NCBI RefSeq assembly: GCF_000981445.1
Contig: NC_027216.1
Location: 2,170,001-2,234,000, forward strand
Length of the DNA: 64,000 nt
Reading direction: 5' to 3'
Source: Babesia bigemina
Taxonomy: Eukaryota
The position numbers and the translations under genes were made by a program. Shown piece by piece: positions 24,696 to 35,461 of the stretch. Each line of letters opens with the position of its first letter. The stretch's first letter is position 1. Under the pieces are notes generated by a model that made no database searches, was not told the DNA's origin, and was given only the letters and a program-made list of their open reading frames with translations.

Positions 24696-24976
24696 TTGGT
24701 CAGGTGGTAGGTCACCTCACTGCTCATGTGATTTGCCATCAACGCAACCATTACGCTGTCTACAACATTAGATGTCAGTTGCCAGTTAGGTGATCAGTGG
24801 AATTTGGATGACGATTTCAGCGCTAACAAATTGCTGAGTTTAGCTGTAGAACGCGATGCAGAAGGGTATCTTGCGTACGAGGAAATCGCGGATGTTGCGG
24901 CCCACCGGGAAGCGGAAGATGCACAGGTCGAGCAGGATGATGGCGACGATGATGGCAACGATGACGGCGGCGATGG
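24696..24976. repeat. 281-bp direct duplication, copy 1 (copy 2 at 36735-37015)
   Basis: By-eye alignment shows no mismatches at offset 12039. Confidence 0.95.
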
Positions 24977-24998
24977 CTTGGGGGGAAGTGGTATTGTC
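24840..24998 (-). pseudogene. Orphan 3' fragment (TM + tail) of a Cys-rich TM family gene
   Basis: Reads DNTTSPQAIAAVIVAIIVAIILLDLCIFRFPVGRNIRDFLVRKIPFCIAFYS*. There is an in-frame TGA just upstream and no ATG. Confidence 0.75.
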
Positions 24999-25082
24999 AC
25001 CTCACCGCTCATGTGATTGGCCATCAACGCAATCACTACTGTCAACAATATTAGATATCAGTTGCCGATAAGGTTATTGTGA

Positions 25083-25580
25083 TCAGCTGCGCAGTAGATA
25101 CCGCACCCTGTGGAACGGCCGGATGCGGAAGTAGATCATGACGCAGACGACGACGATGACGAGGGCGACGGGGACGATGATGTAAGGGGCGACGGTGGAA
25201 GGGGGAGAAGATGTTGAGTCAGAGGGGTTGGCGTAACTGTGTTGATTGACAGCTTGCTGCTGAGCACGAAGGGAGGACGAGTGACCGGGGGACTGTGCAT
25301 CACTGCAGTTAGTAACTTGTCCACTTGAACACTTCTTTTTACAACACTCACATTTACATGTAGACTCTTTGCCTCTACATTTGGTTTCACAACCGAAAGT
25401 GGCGCACTTGTAATTCGAGTCTATGCCTATTGTGCGCATCATGTAGAACTGAAAACAGTCAACGCAATGGCTTTTGCTACTACATGTCGTACAACACCAG
25501 GGACAGCAAAAACACTGTTCACGCATTTTACATCCATTATCACAATACCTACAGGAATCCCCCTTTAAATCCCTTCCCAT
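25083..25580 (-). CDS. Cys-rich (18-Cys core) single-TM protein, member A
   Basis: CFCCPWCC..C and CKCECC lobes, Ser/Pro/Gln stalk, TM IIVPVALVIVVVCVMIYF, tail RIRPFHRVRYLLRS. Confidence 0.85.
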   Translation of the reverse strand: MGRDLKGDSCRYCDNGCKMREQCFCCPWCCTTCSSKSHCVDCFQFYMMRTIGIDSNYKCATFGCETKCRGKESTCKCECCKKKCSSGQVTNCSDAQSPGHSSSLRAQQQAVNQHSYANPSDSTSSPPSTVAPYIIVPVALVIVVVCVMIYFRIRPFHRVRYLLRS

Positions 25581-25800
25581 CTTCCCCTTCCCCTCCCACT
25601 CCCCTCAACCTGCAAACTATCAATCACTCAAGCAGCACTCACCAACTACAGCACGTGCCACTGCCGCTCCCACTCCCCTCAGCCTGCAGACATATCAATC
25701 ACTCAAGCAGCACTCACCAACTGCAACACGTACCACTGCCGCGCCCAGTCCCCTCAACCTGCGAACATATCAATCACCTAAGCAACGCACTCACCAACCA
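25581..25800 (-). repeat. ~75-bp tandem units forming putative 5'-UTR introns (25610-25642, 25684-25717, 25759-25794) and 41-nt exons
   Basis: On the minus strand each unit reads GTGAGT...TG/CGCAG (33-36 nt) followed by a 41-nt spacer. Confidence 0.8.
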
Positions 25801-26458
25801 CTCATGTGTCACGTACCCTAACCCCTGTATCCCCCCGCCAAGGCCACCGACACCCACGCTGCCCAGGATACCATAGCTGCACCTGACGCGACGCATGTAC
25901 GTAGCACCTAGCAATCAATCATAATCATCATTCACTTGATGTCTGAAATATCGCAGCAGCTCCCGTGAGCGCAGCCCGTACACCGCAGCGACACCGGTCC
26001 AGGCGCCACGCTATCCGTGCCATACTACTTGAGTGTGCCGCCTAGATGCCGGCATACGATATTACTAATCGCCGCCGATGGCCACAAATGCCACTCAACT
26101 AGGCAGCACATGACAGTCCCGTCTACGCCGATGATGGTACTATGCCTGCCACCCATCCGACTGCTACACCACCTACCATGGCTACCGCAGCTGCCTACTT
26201 AAATCACCAATCACCCAGCTTCACAGTGATGAGTTGTCACACTCAACGCACAACTTAGGGCAACAGGCAACCGACACCCTAACGCACCTACCAAATTTGG
26301 TTTAGGTTTAGGTTGAGTGTCACATCAGCTGCTTGGTTAGTCAGTAGGTCACTCACTAGGTCAGCGTTTAGTCACCTCACGGCTCATGTAATTAACATCA
26401 ACGCAATCATTACTCTGTCTAGAACATTAAACGTCAGTTGGCAGTTAGGTGGTTGTGA

Positions 26459-26917
26459 TTAGCTGCGCAGTAGATACCTCACCCTGTGGAACGGCCGGAT
26501 GCGGAAGTAGATCATGACGCAGATGACGACGATGACGAGGGCGACGGGGGCGATGATGATCGGGAGGACGTTGGCGGAAGATGATGTGGTATGCTGTTGA
26601 TGGAAGGTCTGACGCTCAGCGCTGGGGAAGGAGGCACCGGGGGCACGGGAGGTGGAAATAGACAGCTCTTGACGGGCGGCAAGTTGTTGACTGGAAGCTT
26701 CAGCGCGTTTACGTTGACAACAGTTACACATACAACTGCCAGTGTCACATTCTTCACATCCATCACGATGGCATTCCCCGCTTCCACTACTGCGATCTCG
26801 GTAGAACTGGAAACATTTAAAAAAGCATCGTTGACATTTTCCACAACACAAGTAGCAACAGAAACATTCACGCTCAGTACATGGTTTGCCGCACGTACAC
26901 AGCTCCCCTCTCGACAT
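26459..26917 (-). CDS. Cys-rich (18-Cys core) single-TM protein, member B
   Basis: CTCGKPC..CFCCYLCCGKC..CMCNCC. TM and tail are nearly identical to member A. One leader intron unit at 26941-26972. Confidence 0.85.
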   Translation of the reverse strand: MSRGELCTCGKPCTERECFCCYLCCGKCQRCFFKCFQFYRDRSSGSGECHRDGCEECDTGSCMCNCCQRKRAEASSQQLAARQELSISTSRAPGASFPSAERQTFHQQHTTSSSANVLPIIIAPVALVIVVICVMIYFRIRPFHRVRYLLRS

Positions 26918-29168
26918 CTTCCCCTCCCAGTCCCCTCAACCTGCAAACATCAATCACTTAAGCAGCACTCACCAACCTCTCATGAACACGCAACTAAGCA
27001 AGCCACTTACCAACCTCTCATTAACACGCAATGCAGCAAGGACACTGGCCATCTACCATCGGCGCCACGGTAGCAGAAAGGCGACCGCCGTCTAAAGCAC
27101 GGTCAGTCACATCACAACTATGCAGCTATTACAACTGAAGTACAACCAATCTAAAGCATGTTGATACCATCCTGGCCGTGGCATGCAGGTCAACCTGTGC
27201 CAGTGGAGCAGTCAACTCCAACCATCAAGGACAGCACAAAGTTGGCGCAGCCGCTTTTGAATGTTATCACGCTTGCTTGCTGAGCAGTTCATGGTTGAGC
27301 CACAAAGCGTTGTTAATATGTTTATTGTTCACACCGTTGGCATCTATGTCACGTCACTAAGCCGTTCACTGACCATCTCGCCTATTAGAACCTAAGCCGT
27401 CACCTGTCCACAGATCCAATTGTTATCTCGTGCCATAAAATCACCTAACACGTAAGCCGCAGATTCACTTGGCAGAGTAGTTGAAAGACGCCAACCTGGA
27501 TGACCGACCAGTCACCCAGCTGCACAATCCACCCTGCCACCCACCGCCTTAGAAAGGTCCTCCGTGATCAATGAGCGCGCGCCGCATCAACAGTGTCGTG
27601 ACTTGTGATAATAGTTCAGCACTTATTTCCGACTTATTTCAACACTTGGCATCTAAGTGCCTGAGTGAAGTGAATGACGGCTTCGGCTGGGTGAGGTGGA
27701 TTGCACCAGACGGTTGCCGACGTTTTCGACTTAAATCATGATTGCAGGCCATATCATTCATATTTGAGACACAATATACTGGTACCAGTGTATTTATGCC
27801 ACGTTTAACTAACTCACCCAATGGCTTCGTGTCATGTGTGTTGGGCACATTGGTTAGCCTCAGCCACTCATGAATTCTCATTGACTAGTTCAATCACCAA
27901 TGTCTCACTGCGCTTAAACAATGCTGTGAGTGCCCTAATCATAGCGCAAAGGAATCGTGTTGGCGCCGCGTTTTCTCACTGTTGTGCCACGTTCCTTTTT
28001 GCTACGGTGATAACATCATTTTGATGGTGCCTAAACAATACGCAGTGCATTAGGTTAGGAACACTTTTCTTAAGTTACCGCGACATGAATAAGACACTTT
28101 ATGCATCCTATGATAACGTATGCTTATGCGTCATACGCTTTTAGGTGCGCCCCAGGTGATCCCCGGTGGGTGGGTACGTCGGAAGGTTCAGAGGCAATGT
28201 AAAATGCAACACAGTTCATCGTGCTCGAAATAATCTCGATACATGTGTTGAAAACACGAGTTTCTGCAGGTGCCCCCGAAGGAGTGGATATGGCCCTACT
28301 TGTGGAAAGAAAGTGGGAGGCCGGACAACAGGGCCGCCCCAGTTAAGGCCAGGGAACGATACATGCATTGGCCCAGAAAGAAAGCCTCAACACGACGTAC
28401 CATGGAAAGAGACTCGTGCAGCAGGTGAACGCCGTCATGGATGTGAAATTGAGCCGCGACGTGACGGGGCAAGGACAAACTATGGACTTGGGGACAGGCG
28501 TACTAGTAGCCCGCAAGACGGGACTGGAAGCTCTCATCCACGAGGTGAACTGGAGACCCAGAAGGAGATTGTAGTTGCTACGAGTGGAGCCATTTCCTTG
28601 TCCAGTGGATGGATGGTGGCGCAGGAGAAAGCTCGAGAGAAGTGACGTGCGTCTCAGCCCTCACCATTTACAATGTGCCACTGTACCGGAGAGGTTGGAC
28701 GCAGCTGGACAGATTGGCGTATATACGGTATGCAGAATGTAGGGGCGCATATTAACGACACTGTCAAGTTGAAACACAGCTCCGTGAATTATGTATGGCA
28801 ATCATGAATTCGTAACCGCTCCGGCACGGAGTGTAGGTTGTGTTGTAACAACTCAAAAAGGCTAATAATTGAAATTACAAAACTTTGTAGTATGTCGCCG
28901 ATAGAGCGGTCTCTGCTTATACGCCTAGACAGGGGACGCCGGTATTGTTGAGATGGGAGTCTCACTTGATTCGCAGCATGCGCCTTGCCACATGCTGTGA
29001 GATTGGATATTCATGTCATGGCAGCGTTGGGACATTTGGATTGATGGTCACCCCAGCTCGGGGTGGATGGCATAGTATGGGTGGGGTACAGGCATTTTGT
29101 ATCTTCAGTTGGCTCAGGGTGTTCGAGGTATAAGGTACGTTGTTCATTGCTGTGCAGGGTTTGTCGAA

Positions 29169-29366
29169 ATGAGTGGGAACGGACAGAAGACTGCTGACTG
29201 GAGCTACCTTAGTGGCGCTGCCACCGCAATCGGCGGCTTTATATTATTTCCGGCACTCCTTTTCTTGGTCCTCTATATCTGCTGTAGAGTCCATAACATG
29301 AGTCTTGGCGATCTATTCGGCCGCGTGAGCGACGGGTTCCGTGATTCCAAGCCTAAACTCCAATAA
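29169..29366 (+). CDS. 65-aa single-TM micro-protein
   Basis: MSGNGQKTADWSYLSGAATAIGGFILFPALLFLVLYICCR.... A TGTGCAG acceptor-like site lies just upstream of the ATG. Confidence 0.5.
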   Translation: MSGNGQKTADWSYLSGAATAIGGFILFPALLFLVLYICCRVHNMSLGDLFGRVSDGFRDSKPKLQ

Positions 29367-29662
29367 TCTTGTAGCCTCACTCCGTCCACATAGTATCACT
29401 GTAGCCATATCACATCCGGTTTCAATTTGATTATTTGATCCAATCATTAACACGATTGTTATACATCTACTCGCCTACGTTGCGTTAGAAAATCATAGGC
29501 CGTACGCGGATGTTATCCCCGCTTCATACTATTGTAGAGCACCATGACACTTTAAGCTATGCGCTAATACTCCTAATAACCACTGCGGCACAGCATATCA
29601 TGAGGTAACACGTTACCTCTTATAGCTATAATTACCATTGTTTCCACTAGCGCATCATGGCC

Positions 29663-32600
29663 CTACCCGCCGCAGCTGGGAGTGAGGATGGAGGAAAGGG
29701 TGTTGCCAGTCTCCGATGTCTCAGGCAAATCATCCTTCTTGAATCCCATCCTGACCCTGCTCTTGATGCACAGGTTGCACGGGTCGAAGAAGTGAGTCTT
29801 GAAGGTGGAGTCCCAGTCGTCAGTCAGGAACGCCTGGAGGCGAGATGGCGTCTTGATGTCACTGCCATACCCACAATTCTTCCACCCACCACTTAGTTTG
29901 TTCCGATTGCACTGCGATTTGAGGAACTGCAACTGGTGGTGGCAGGCGTAGACGTAGTCTCGCAGCTGGCAGAGGAGACAGGCGGGATCGGTGGAATAAC
30001 GTAACTTACTGTACACTGATTTGAAGTCAAAAGTGGAAAACGCTTTGAAGTCATTGTTATGCCTAACTTTGTAGATAACGGTGGCCGAGTAGAGGCACGC
30101 CTCGGTCAGTTTGGCGGTGACATGGGAAGCCGTCAGCTGGCCGGGATCCCCGGTGACCTCAAGCGCATCTGTGTTATAACCCTTCAAGAGGCCGTTGACA
30201 TGCTCCGTGATAAATCCAATAAGCCCATATTGATTCAATCCGACAAACCAGTACAGCATCTCCCGGACGGTTCGAGGCGGGGGCAGATGGTCGGAGGCTG
30301 GGGGAGGGGAGGTAGGTGGAGTGATTATATCAGTTGAAGAAGTGTCAACGGACCAAGGGTTGAGACATTCATTTGTGCTAAATGGGTCAATTACACGTTC
30401 ATCCGCCTTCCTCGGAGAGTCACGCGGCATCCCGGGATCTTCATTGCCGTCAAGTCCGATACGTTCCGGCGCAAAGTCCAGATTGAAATTAGTGTTAGGC
30501 AAACCGGAGAATCCTTTGTCCTCTGGAGGTTTTAACTCGTCTTTAAGGATATCTGCTGTGTTCGCATAAGGGTCATCTAGGTCCACGTCGTTAAAAATGC
30601 GATCTTCATGCGGCGGTACCTCTATCGACAGGCCGATTTGGGGGTAGACTTCGCGTACAGTGCGCGTCGGTAATTCTATTTGGAATTCCCTGGTTGGTTG
30701 TGGCTCCGTGAGGAATGTATCTCTAGGAATCGGCGAGGATGGCAATTCGGCGTCCGGCACGTGTGATCCGCTTGACATTGATTGTGGAACTGGGGGATCG
30801 ATCTTTTGAGATATAGGGACGTTGGCATCGGATTTTGAAGAGTTTGCCAGGATGATGCCTTCCACTTCATTCACAAAAGCAGGCGCATCTCCATTTAACT
30901 CTACGAGGGGAACAACAAATGTATTTCTAGGCATCTGTATTGGAATGTTAATATCTTTTTCAGCTGCATCGAGCATTTTTTTTAGTTCCTGATCCTTCAT
31001 CCTCTGCCTTTTTTCTTCTTCCTTGTACGCTCTGCGCATGTTTGTGACCTCCTGTTGCCTCAAAATTAAATCAGTGGGATCCGGAATTGGCTGTCCATTT
31101 AACGATTTTGCGTGATCATGATGGTTTCGGTACAGCAATTGCATACGACGTTCTTCTTCTTTCTGTTTGTCACGCTTCTCCGTCACTTCGTTCCCTCTAA
31201 TGTTCACAACTATTTGCCCATCGTGACGGAATATTGCATGGTCAGCATCAGACACCATTGTACCGTCAATAACTACAGCTTTATCATCGTCCAGCCCGCC
31301 CTCTTCATCTCCTATTTTTTCTTTCACTTCCTCTCCGTCAACTGGAAAAACCAGTTGACTCTCGTCAACACCAACTACTTGGCCATCGATACTGTAACTT
31401 TCATCTTCAGCATTGACCAGTGGTCGCTGCTCAATAGTAAACAGAGCGGGGTACCCACCACCAGACACATCGGTCCCCTCACCGTCGATATCCACCACAC
31501 CCTTAATATCGACAATCATCTCATCCTTATCAACCACTTCCTCCATAACGTCATCTAATAATCCCCTTTGCATAGCTTCCCTTAACCTGTCTTTCTCTAG
31601 CTTCGTTTCCAAATCCCACAATTTTTTTCGTTCCTCGGCCGCCTTTTGTCTTCGTTCTTTCTCACGTTGTTCGTAGGACTGATCCTCTATGGCTTTGCCT
31701 CCCAGAATAATATAATCCCCCTGCCCTCTATCCCTTCCCCTTAGTTCATAGTAACCACGTCCATTACTATTACGGCCACCGGTAGGCTGAGGGGTAAGTC
31801 CGGGAGCAGGCCGGCTGGGCTGACTTGGAAGGGTGGAGTCAGTAGATGGTGGGGGATCTGAACTAATGTTTTGCTGCCCCGACTGCTTGTTCTGCTGTAT
31901 TTCTTTTTTCTGCTGCACTCGTTTTTTGGCATCCGGATCTTTTACATTGCTTTCTATTTCTTCTACATATTTCTGCTGTTGGAATTTCCATAGGTCTTCT
32001 GCAGTATCGTTCAATGTTTCTTCAAGTTGCTTGGCGGCACGCCACCTTCTATCCTCCTGCCGTCTACCATAATCACCCAACTGCCTTAGGATTCTTTTTT
32101 CTTCGTATTGCTTCCATGTTTCTTCTGTATCCTTTTTATAACGCTCAACCGCTTCTTTTTGACGTCGCGTCCTTTCATCGTTATCTCGTTGCGCTTTCAT
32201 ACGAAGTGAATTGATGTGGCGTGCATTAACCAGATGTATCAAATCCTTTTGTATCTGTTGCTCCGTATCACTGCCATTTTTAACGGCTGTTCCGTTTAAC
32301 AAAACTTTTAATTGAGAGCTATCTACCACTGCCTCGTCAGAACCCACAGCATCACCACCTACATCGGACGCTAGCTGGTTAAAATCAGATGCTATAGACC
32401 CGTCAAGACCTATTTCATCTGGTTTGATCATATTGTGTGTAGGTGATTTGCCGACATCGAAAACGTCCAAAGTGTAGTAACTGTTTGCATCACGTTTCGG
32501 AGGCAGCGTGATTTGAAATGGCACTGTAGGAGTGGCATTTTTCATTTGATTCTGTACAGCCGCATCATATGCCGCTTCGGAAATGTCAGATAACTCCCGC

Positions 32601-34597
32601 GGCTTATACACCACATCAATGCCTGGAAGCAAATCCGGGCGTTGAAGTTGAAGTTGACGCTCATATTCTGTTTTAAGTTCTCTAGCCTCCTTTTGTTTTT
32701 GAATTTTTTCTTCCTTCTGCTTTTTTCGCTGCTCTATTTTCAAATTAGACTCGCGCTTTTGCTTATCCCAATCGTCATGCATTTTTTTTCGTGCAAATAA
32801 ATCCCACGTATTACCATCTCCGGGGCAGTATTTAGTCCCACCACTGTCGAATCCGAGATAAATGGGTACCTTACCATTACGACACATTTTGCTGTGATCG
32901 GCCCCCCCTCCAGCTCCACCGCCGCCTGAATCCGCACCCGAACCAGCGGATGATGCGCCATTGCTTATTTGACCTGTCTGATACACTTGATCACTTGATT
33001 GAGCAGGCCCGGAAGCAGACCCCTGGACATTCGGATCCTGACCACTACTGGAAACAGGGTCACCAGATGACTGAAGGTCTTGACTTGTAACACTTGAAGG
33101 CTGAGTTTGTAGCGCCTCTGCAGCTGATGAAACAGGAGACTTTGTTGCACTCTGACCGTTATCTTGATCCGAATTCCCCTCCGCTTTCTTGCCCTGGTTC
33201 TGTCCGCCCTCAGATTTCTTAACGCTCTCAGGAACCTTGGCAGGCGGGGGCTCCGATTTTGGAGTAATAGGAGCAGCATCTTCGGTATCCAACCCTGTAT
33301 CTTCATACACGACATCTTCACCCCAGATCTCATCTTCGTCCTCCTCAACATCATCATCATCCCCCTCATCATTAACAGCTTTCGCATCATCAGCATCACG
33401 TTCTTGTGGTTTTTGCTTTGGACACAGGGTACCATCTAGAAGCTGTTTCAACTTTTGCAAACCCCCATTGTCTTTCTTGAGTTCACCAATTACAGCATCC
33501 CAATCTTTTTTCAACGCCTGATATGTATCTTTTCCCTTTCCAACGTTATAGCCATTAAATGTGAATCCGTACGGTATAAGATATGTGTCGACAAATGTTT
33601 TGACATCCAACCTGCGACCTACTCCCCCCAATTGGTTTCTCATTGCATTCAAGTTATTTTTAAGCCACTTCGCCATTTTTTTATCCATGGATTTGTCAAG
33701 GAATTCATATGTACGCCCATAACCTGTGAAGGAAAACCGGTTATTTGTAAAAAGTTTGCTGAATGTATTTTTTAGTGTTTCACAATGCAGTTTTAAATCA
33801 TCCCAATTAATGCAATTGCCCCTAGATTCTAAGTGACTTTTGAAATCATCCGCATTCTTCGAGGTTTTAAATATCCCACAAAAGTCTTCAACCAAACGAA
33901 GAGCATTAGCTACATTCGACTTATCAACAGAGGAATTTTTCGATACCGCCGAAGTGACAAAAACGTCTCGGAATAGGTTATTAGGATTGCGCCCCTTGTC
34001 GAAAATATTCACAAGGTCATCTGTCATTAAACGACCCTCGGAATAGCCACCTCGACCAAGTTGCTTTAGATCGCTTGGATCGAATCCTCCAGGGATGACA
34101 CCGTATTTAGAACCGGAAGTTTCAATAAGGTATTTATCAATTGGACCGACATTGGCTTTCATCCGTTTCACTACATCTGGACCATATGTAGCGAACCATG
34201 CAATCTTTCCAACCTGATCTCCTTCCCAATCCCCGCCTCCAATTCTAGCGAACCTCTTATCCACATGATATTGCAAAAAGTATATCACGGAAAGCAATTT
34301 GGGGATACACTGCAAGAGAGCTTCGAGGGCATCTTTTGGGGTAATACGCTTGATTATGCTCTGGCCCGCGGTTTGGCATAACTTCTTATGAAAGTGTGAC
34401 ACTAAGTCAAGGAATTGAGAGAGAGCGGTAGCAATCTGGTTTTGATTGACACCGTCATATTTCTTGTCTAGTAGCCTTTTTAGTCGGCCAGACAGCTGGC
34501 TTCTCAGATCAGCCCACTTACGGCCTTTTAACCACTCCAGGAACTGGAGACACTCCTTAAGAGTCTTGAACTCAGGAACGCTACTCTTAGCCACCAT
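29663..34597 (-). CDS. Large ves/VESA1-related protein, apparently C-terminally truncated
   Basis: N-terminal FKTLKECLQFLEWL and CIPKLLSVIYFL. Late PPRTVREMLYW, CLLCQLRDYVYAC and FDPCNLCIKSRVRMGF blocks are typical of ves-like proteins. It stops at ILTPSCGG with no TM. Confidence 0.8.
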   Translation of the reverse strand: MVAKSSVPEFKTLKECLQFLEWLKGRKWADLRSQLSGRLKRLLDKKYDGVNQNQIATALSQFLDLVSHFHKKLCQTAGQSIIKRITPKDALEALLQCIPKLLSVIYFLQYHVDKRFARIGGGDWEGDQVGKIAWFATYGPDVVKRMKANVGPIDKYLIETSGSKYGVIPGGFDPSDLKQLGRGGYSEGRLMTDDLVNIFDKGRNPNNLFRDVFVTSAVSKNSSVDKSNVANALRLVEDFCGIFKTSKNADDFKSHLESRGNCINWDDLKLHCETLKNTFSKLFTNNRFSFTGYGRTYEFLDKSMDKKMAKWLKNNLNAMRNQLGGVGRRLDVKTFVDTYLIPYGFTFNGYNVGKGKDTYQALKKDWDAVIGELKKDNGGLQKLKQLLDGTLCPKQKPQERDADDAKAVNDEGDDDDVEEDEDEIWGEDVVYEDTGLDTEDAAPITPKSEPPPAKVPESVKKSEGGQNQGKKAEGNSDQDNGQSATKSPVSSAAEALQTQPSSVTSQDLQSSGDPVSSSGQDPNVQGSASGPAQSSDQVYQTGQISNGASSAGSGADSGGGGAGGGADHSKMCRNGKVPIYLGFDSGGTKYCPGDGNTWDLFARKKMHDDWDKQKRESNLKIEQRKKQKEEKIQKQKEARELKTEYERQLQLQRPDLLPGIDVVYKPRELSDISEAAYDAAVQNQMKNATPTVPFQITLPPKRDANSYYTLDVFDVGKSPTHNMIKPDEIGLDGSIASDFNQLASDVGGDAVGSDEAVVDSSQLKVLLNGTAVKNGSDTEQQIQKDLIHLVNARHINSLRMKAQRDNDERTRRQKEAVERYKKDTEETWKQYEEKRILRQLGDYGRRQEDRRWRAAKQLEETLNDTAEDLWKFQQQKYVEEIESNVKDPDAKKRVQQKKEIQQNKQSGQQNISSDPPPSTDSTLPSQPSRPAPGLTPQPTGGRNSNGRGYYELRGRDRGQGDYIILGGKAIEDQSYEQREKERRQKAAEERKKLWDLETKLEKDRLREAMQRGLLDDVMEEVVDKDEMIVDIKGVVDIDGEGTDVSGGGYPALFTIEQRPLVNAEDESYSIDGQVVGVDESQLVFPVDGEEVKEKIGDEEGGLDDDKAVVIDGTMVSDADHAIFRHDGQIVVNIRGNEVTEKRDKQKEEERRMQLLYRNHHDHAKSLNGQPIPDPTDLILRQQEVTNMRRAYKEEEKRQRMKDQELKKMLDAAEKDINIPIQMPRNTFVVPLVELNGDAPAFVNEVEGIILANSSKSDANVPISQKIDPPVPQSMSSGSHVPDAELPSSPIPRDTFLTEPQPTREFQIELPTRTVREVYPQIGLSIEVPPHEDRIFNDVDLDDPYANTADILKDELKPPEDKGFSGLPNTNFNLDFAPERIGLDGNEDPGMPRDSPRKADERVIDPFSTNECLNPWSVDTSSTDIITPPTSPPPASDHLPPPRTVREMLYWFVGLNQYGLIGFITEHVNGLLKGYNTDALEVTGDPGQLTASHVTAKLTEACLYSATVIYKVRHNNDFKAFSTFDFKSVYSKLRYSTDPACLLCQLRDYVYACHHQLQFLKSQCNRNKLSGGWKNCGYGSDIKTPSRLQAFLTDDWDSTFKTHFFDPCNLCIKSRVRMGFKKDDLPETSETGNTLSSILTPSCGG

Positions 34598-34772
34598 CCT
34601 GTCTATCTCCAATCACCCTCTAATCCACTCTTACAAAACTCCAATGCTAGCCTCTGGTACTATGTGAACTGCGAAACACAAGATTGATCACACCTTTAAT
34701 CCACTCTTACAAACCTCCACGTCTAGCCTCCAGGACTATGTGATCTGGGAGACACTAGAGTGATCACACCTC
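34598..34772 (-). repeat. 76-bp tandem units forming putative 5'-UTR introns (34599-34634, 34669-34710) and 34-nt exons of the ves-like gene
   Basis: Minus strand GTAAGAGTGGATTA...CAG occurs twice. Two similar 34-nt spacers; a third acceptor at 34745. Confidence 0.75.
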
Positions 34773-35461
34773 CAAGGTGACACTGCTTAATACAGCATGG
34801 CAGACAACTAAGGGCGCTGGGTGAAAGGGGTATGAAGGGGGACGCTGAATAACACCAATACGCATCACACTGAAACCATGACACACCTAAACCATTTTCC
34901 AAAGTCCATGAATCATCACACAAATCCTATAGACATACCACTCACCTGAGTAGGGAAGGCGACAAGCCAAGGCAGCCATGCTGGAGTGAGAGGGTGGAGC
35001 ATGATAGGAGAGGGGCGTTGTCAACAAGGATTGTGGATGTAGATGGAGCGGTGAAGACTGACATGGTTAGACGGTAGGTGGTTGCTGTCAGGTGGGATGG
35101 GTGAACTAGACAGCGCCGTCAAGGCAGCTATCAACATCAAAGTGGTAATTAAATGCACGATGACGGTGATGAGTAGCATACAGGCAGCTATGAGGTCAAA
35201 CGTGGAGGTACCACATTTTTTATGCGAGCGGATGAGAAACATGTCGAAGTGGCCGAGGCAAACGCACAACACACCAACTCTGTTAATCCTTACCAATTAG
35301 TCAATACTGATTCAATAGCATATATCGATATCATTCGTCAGCGTTCTGGGCACCAGCCAAAAAAATTATGAAACATTTATCAATACGATATTAGATAAGC
35401 AGTGCTCTGTTGATGCATACTACTGTGATCTAAGTGTGATAATTGAAATGTTCGGTGTTGA

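Noticed and set aside
24804..25016. Acidic plus-strand ORF MDDDFSANK... (also at 36843)
   Set aside because: It is the antisense reading of the Ile/Val-rich TM-coding sequence.
26296..26315. Telomere-like ggtttaggtttaggtt
   Set aside because: Only ~2.5 units, and not the GGGTTTA heptamer.
28166..28740. Purine-rich, coding-looking stretch, possibly a decayed gene or transposon
   Set aside because: No recognisable motif in any frame; it needs BLASTX.
35021..35296. GHFDMFLIRSH faintly resembling a ves C-terminal motif
   Set aside because: Too short and degenerate to support a call.
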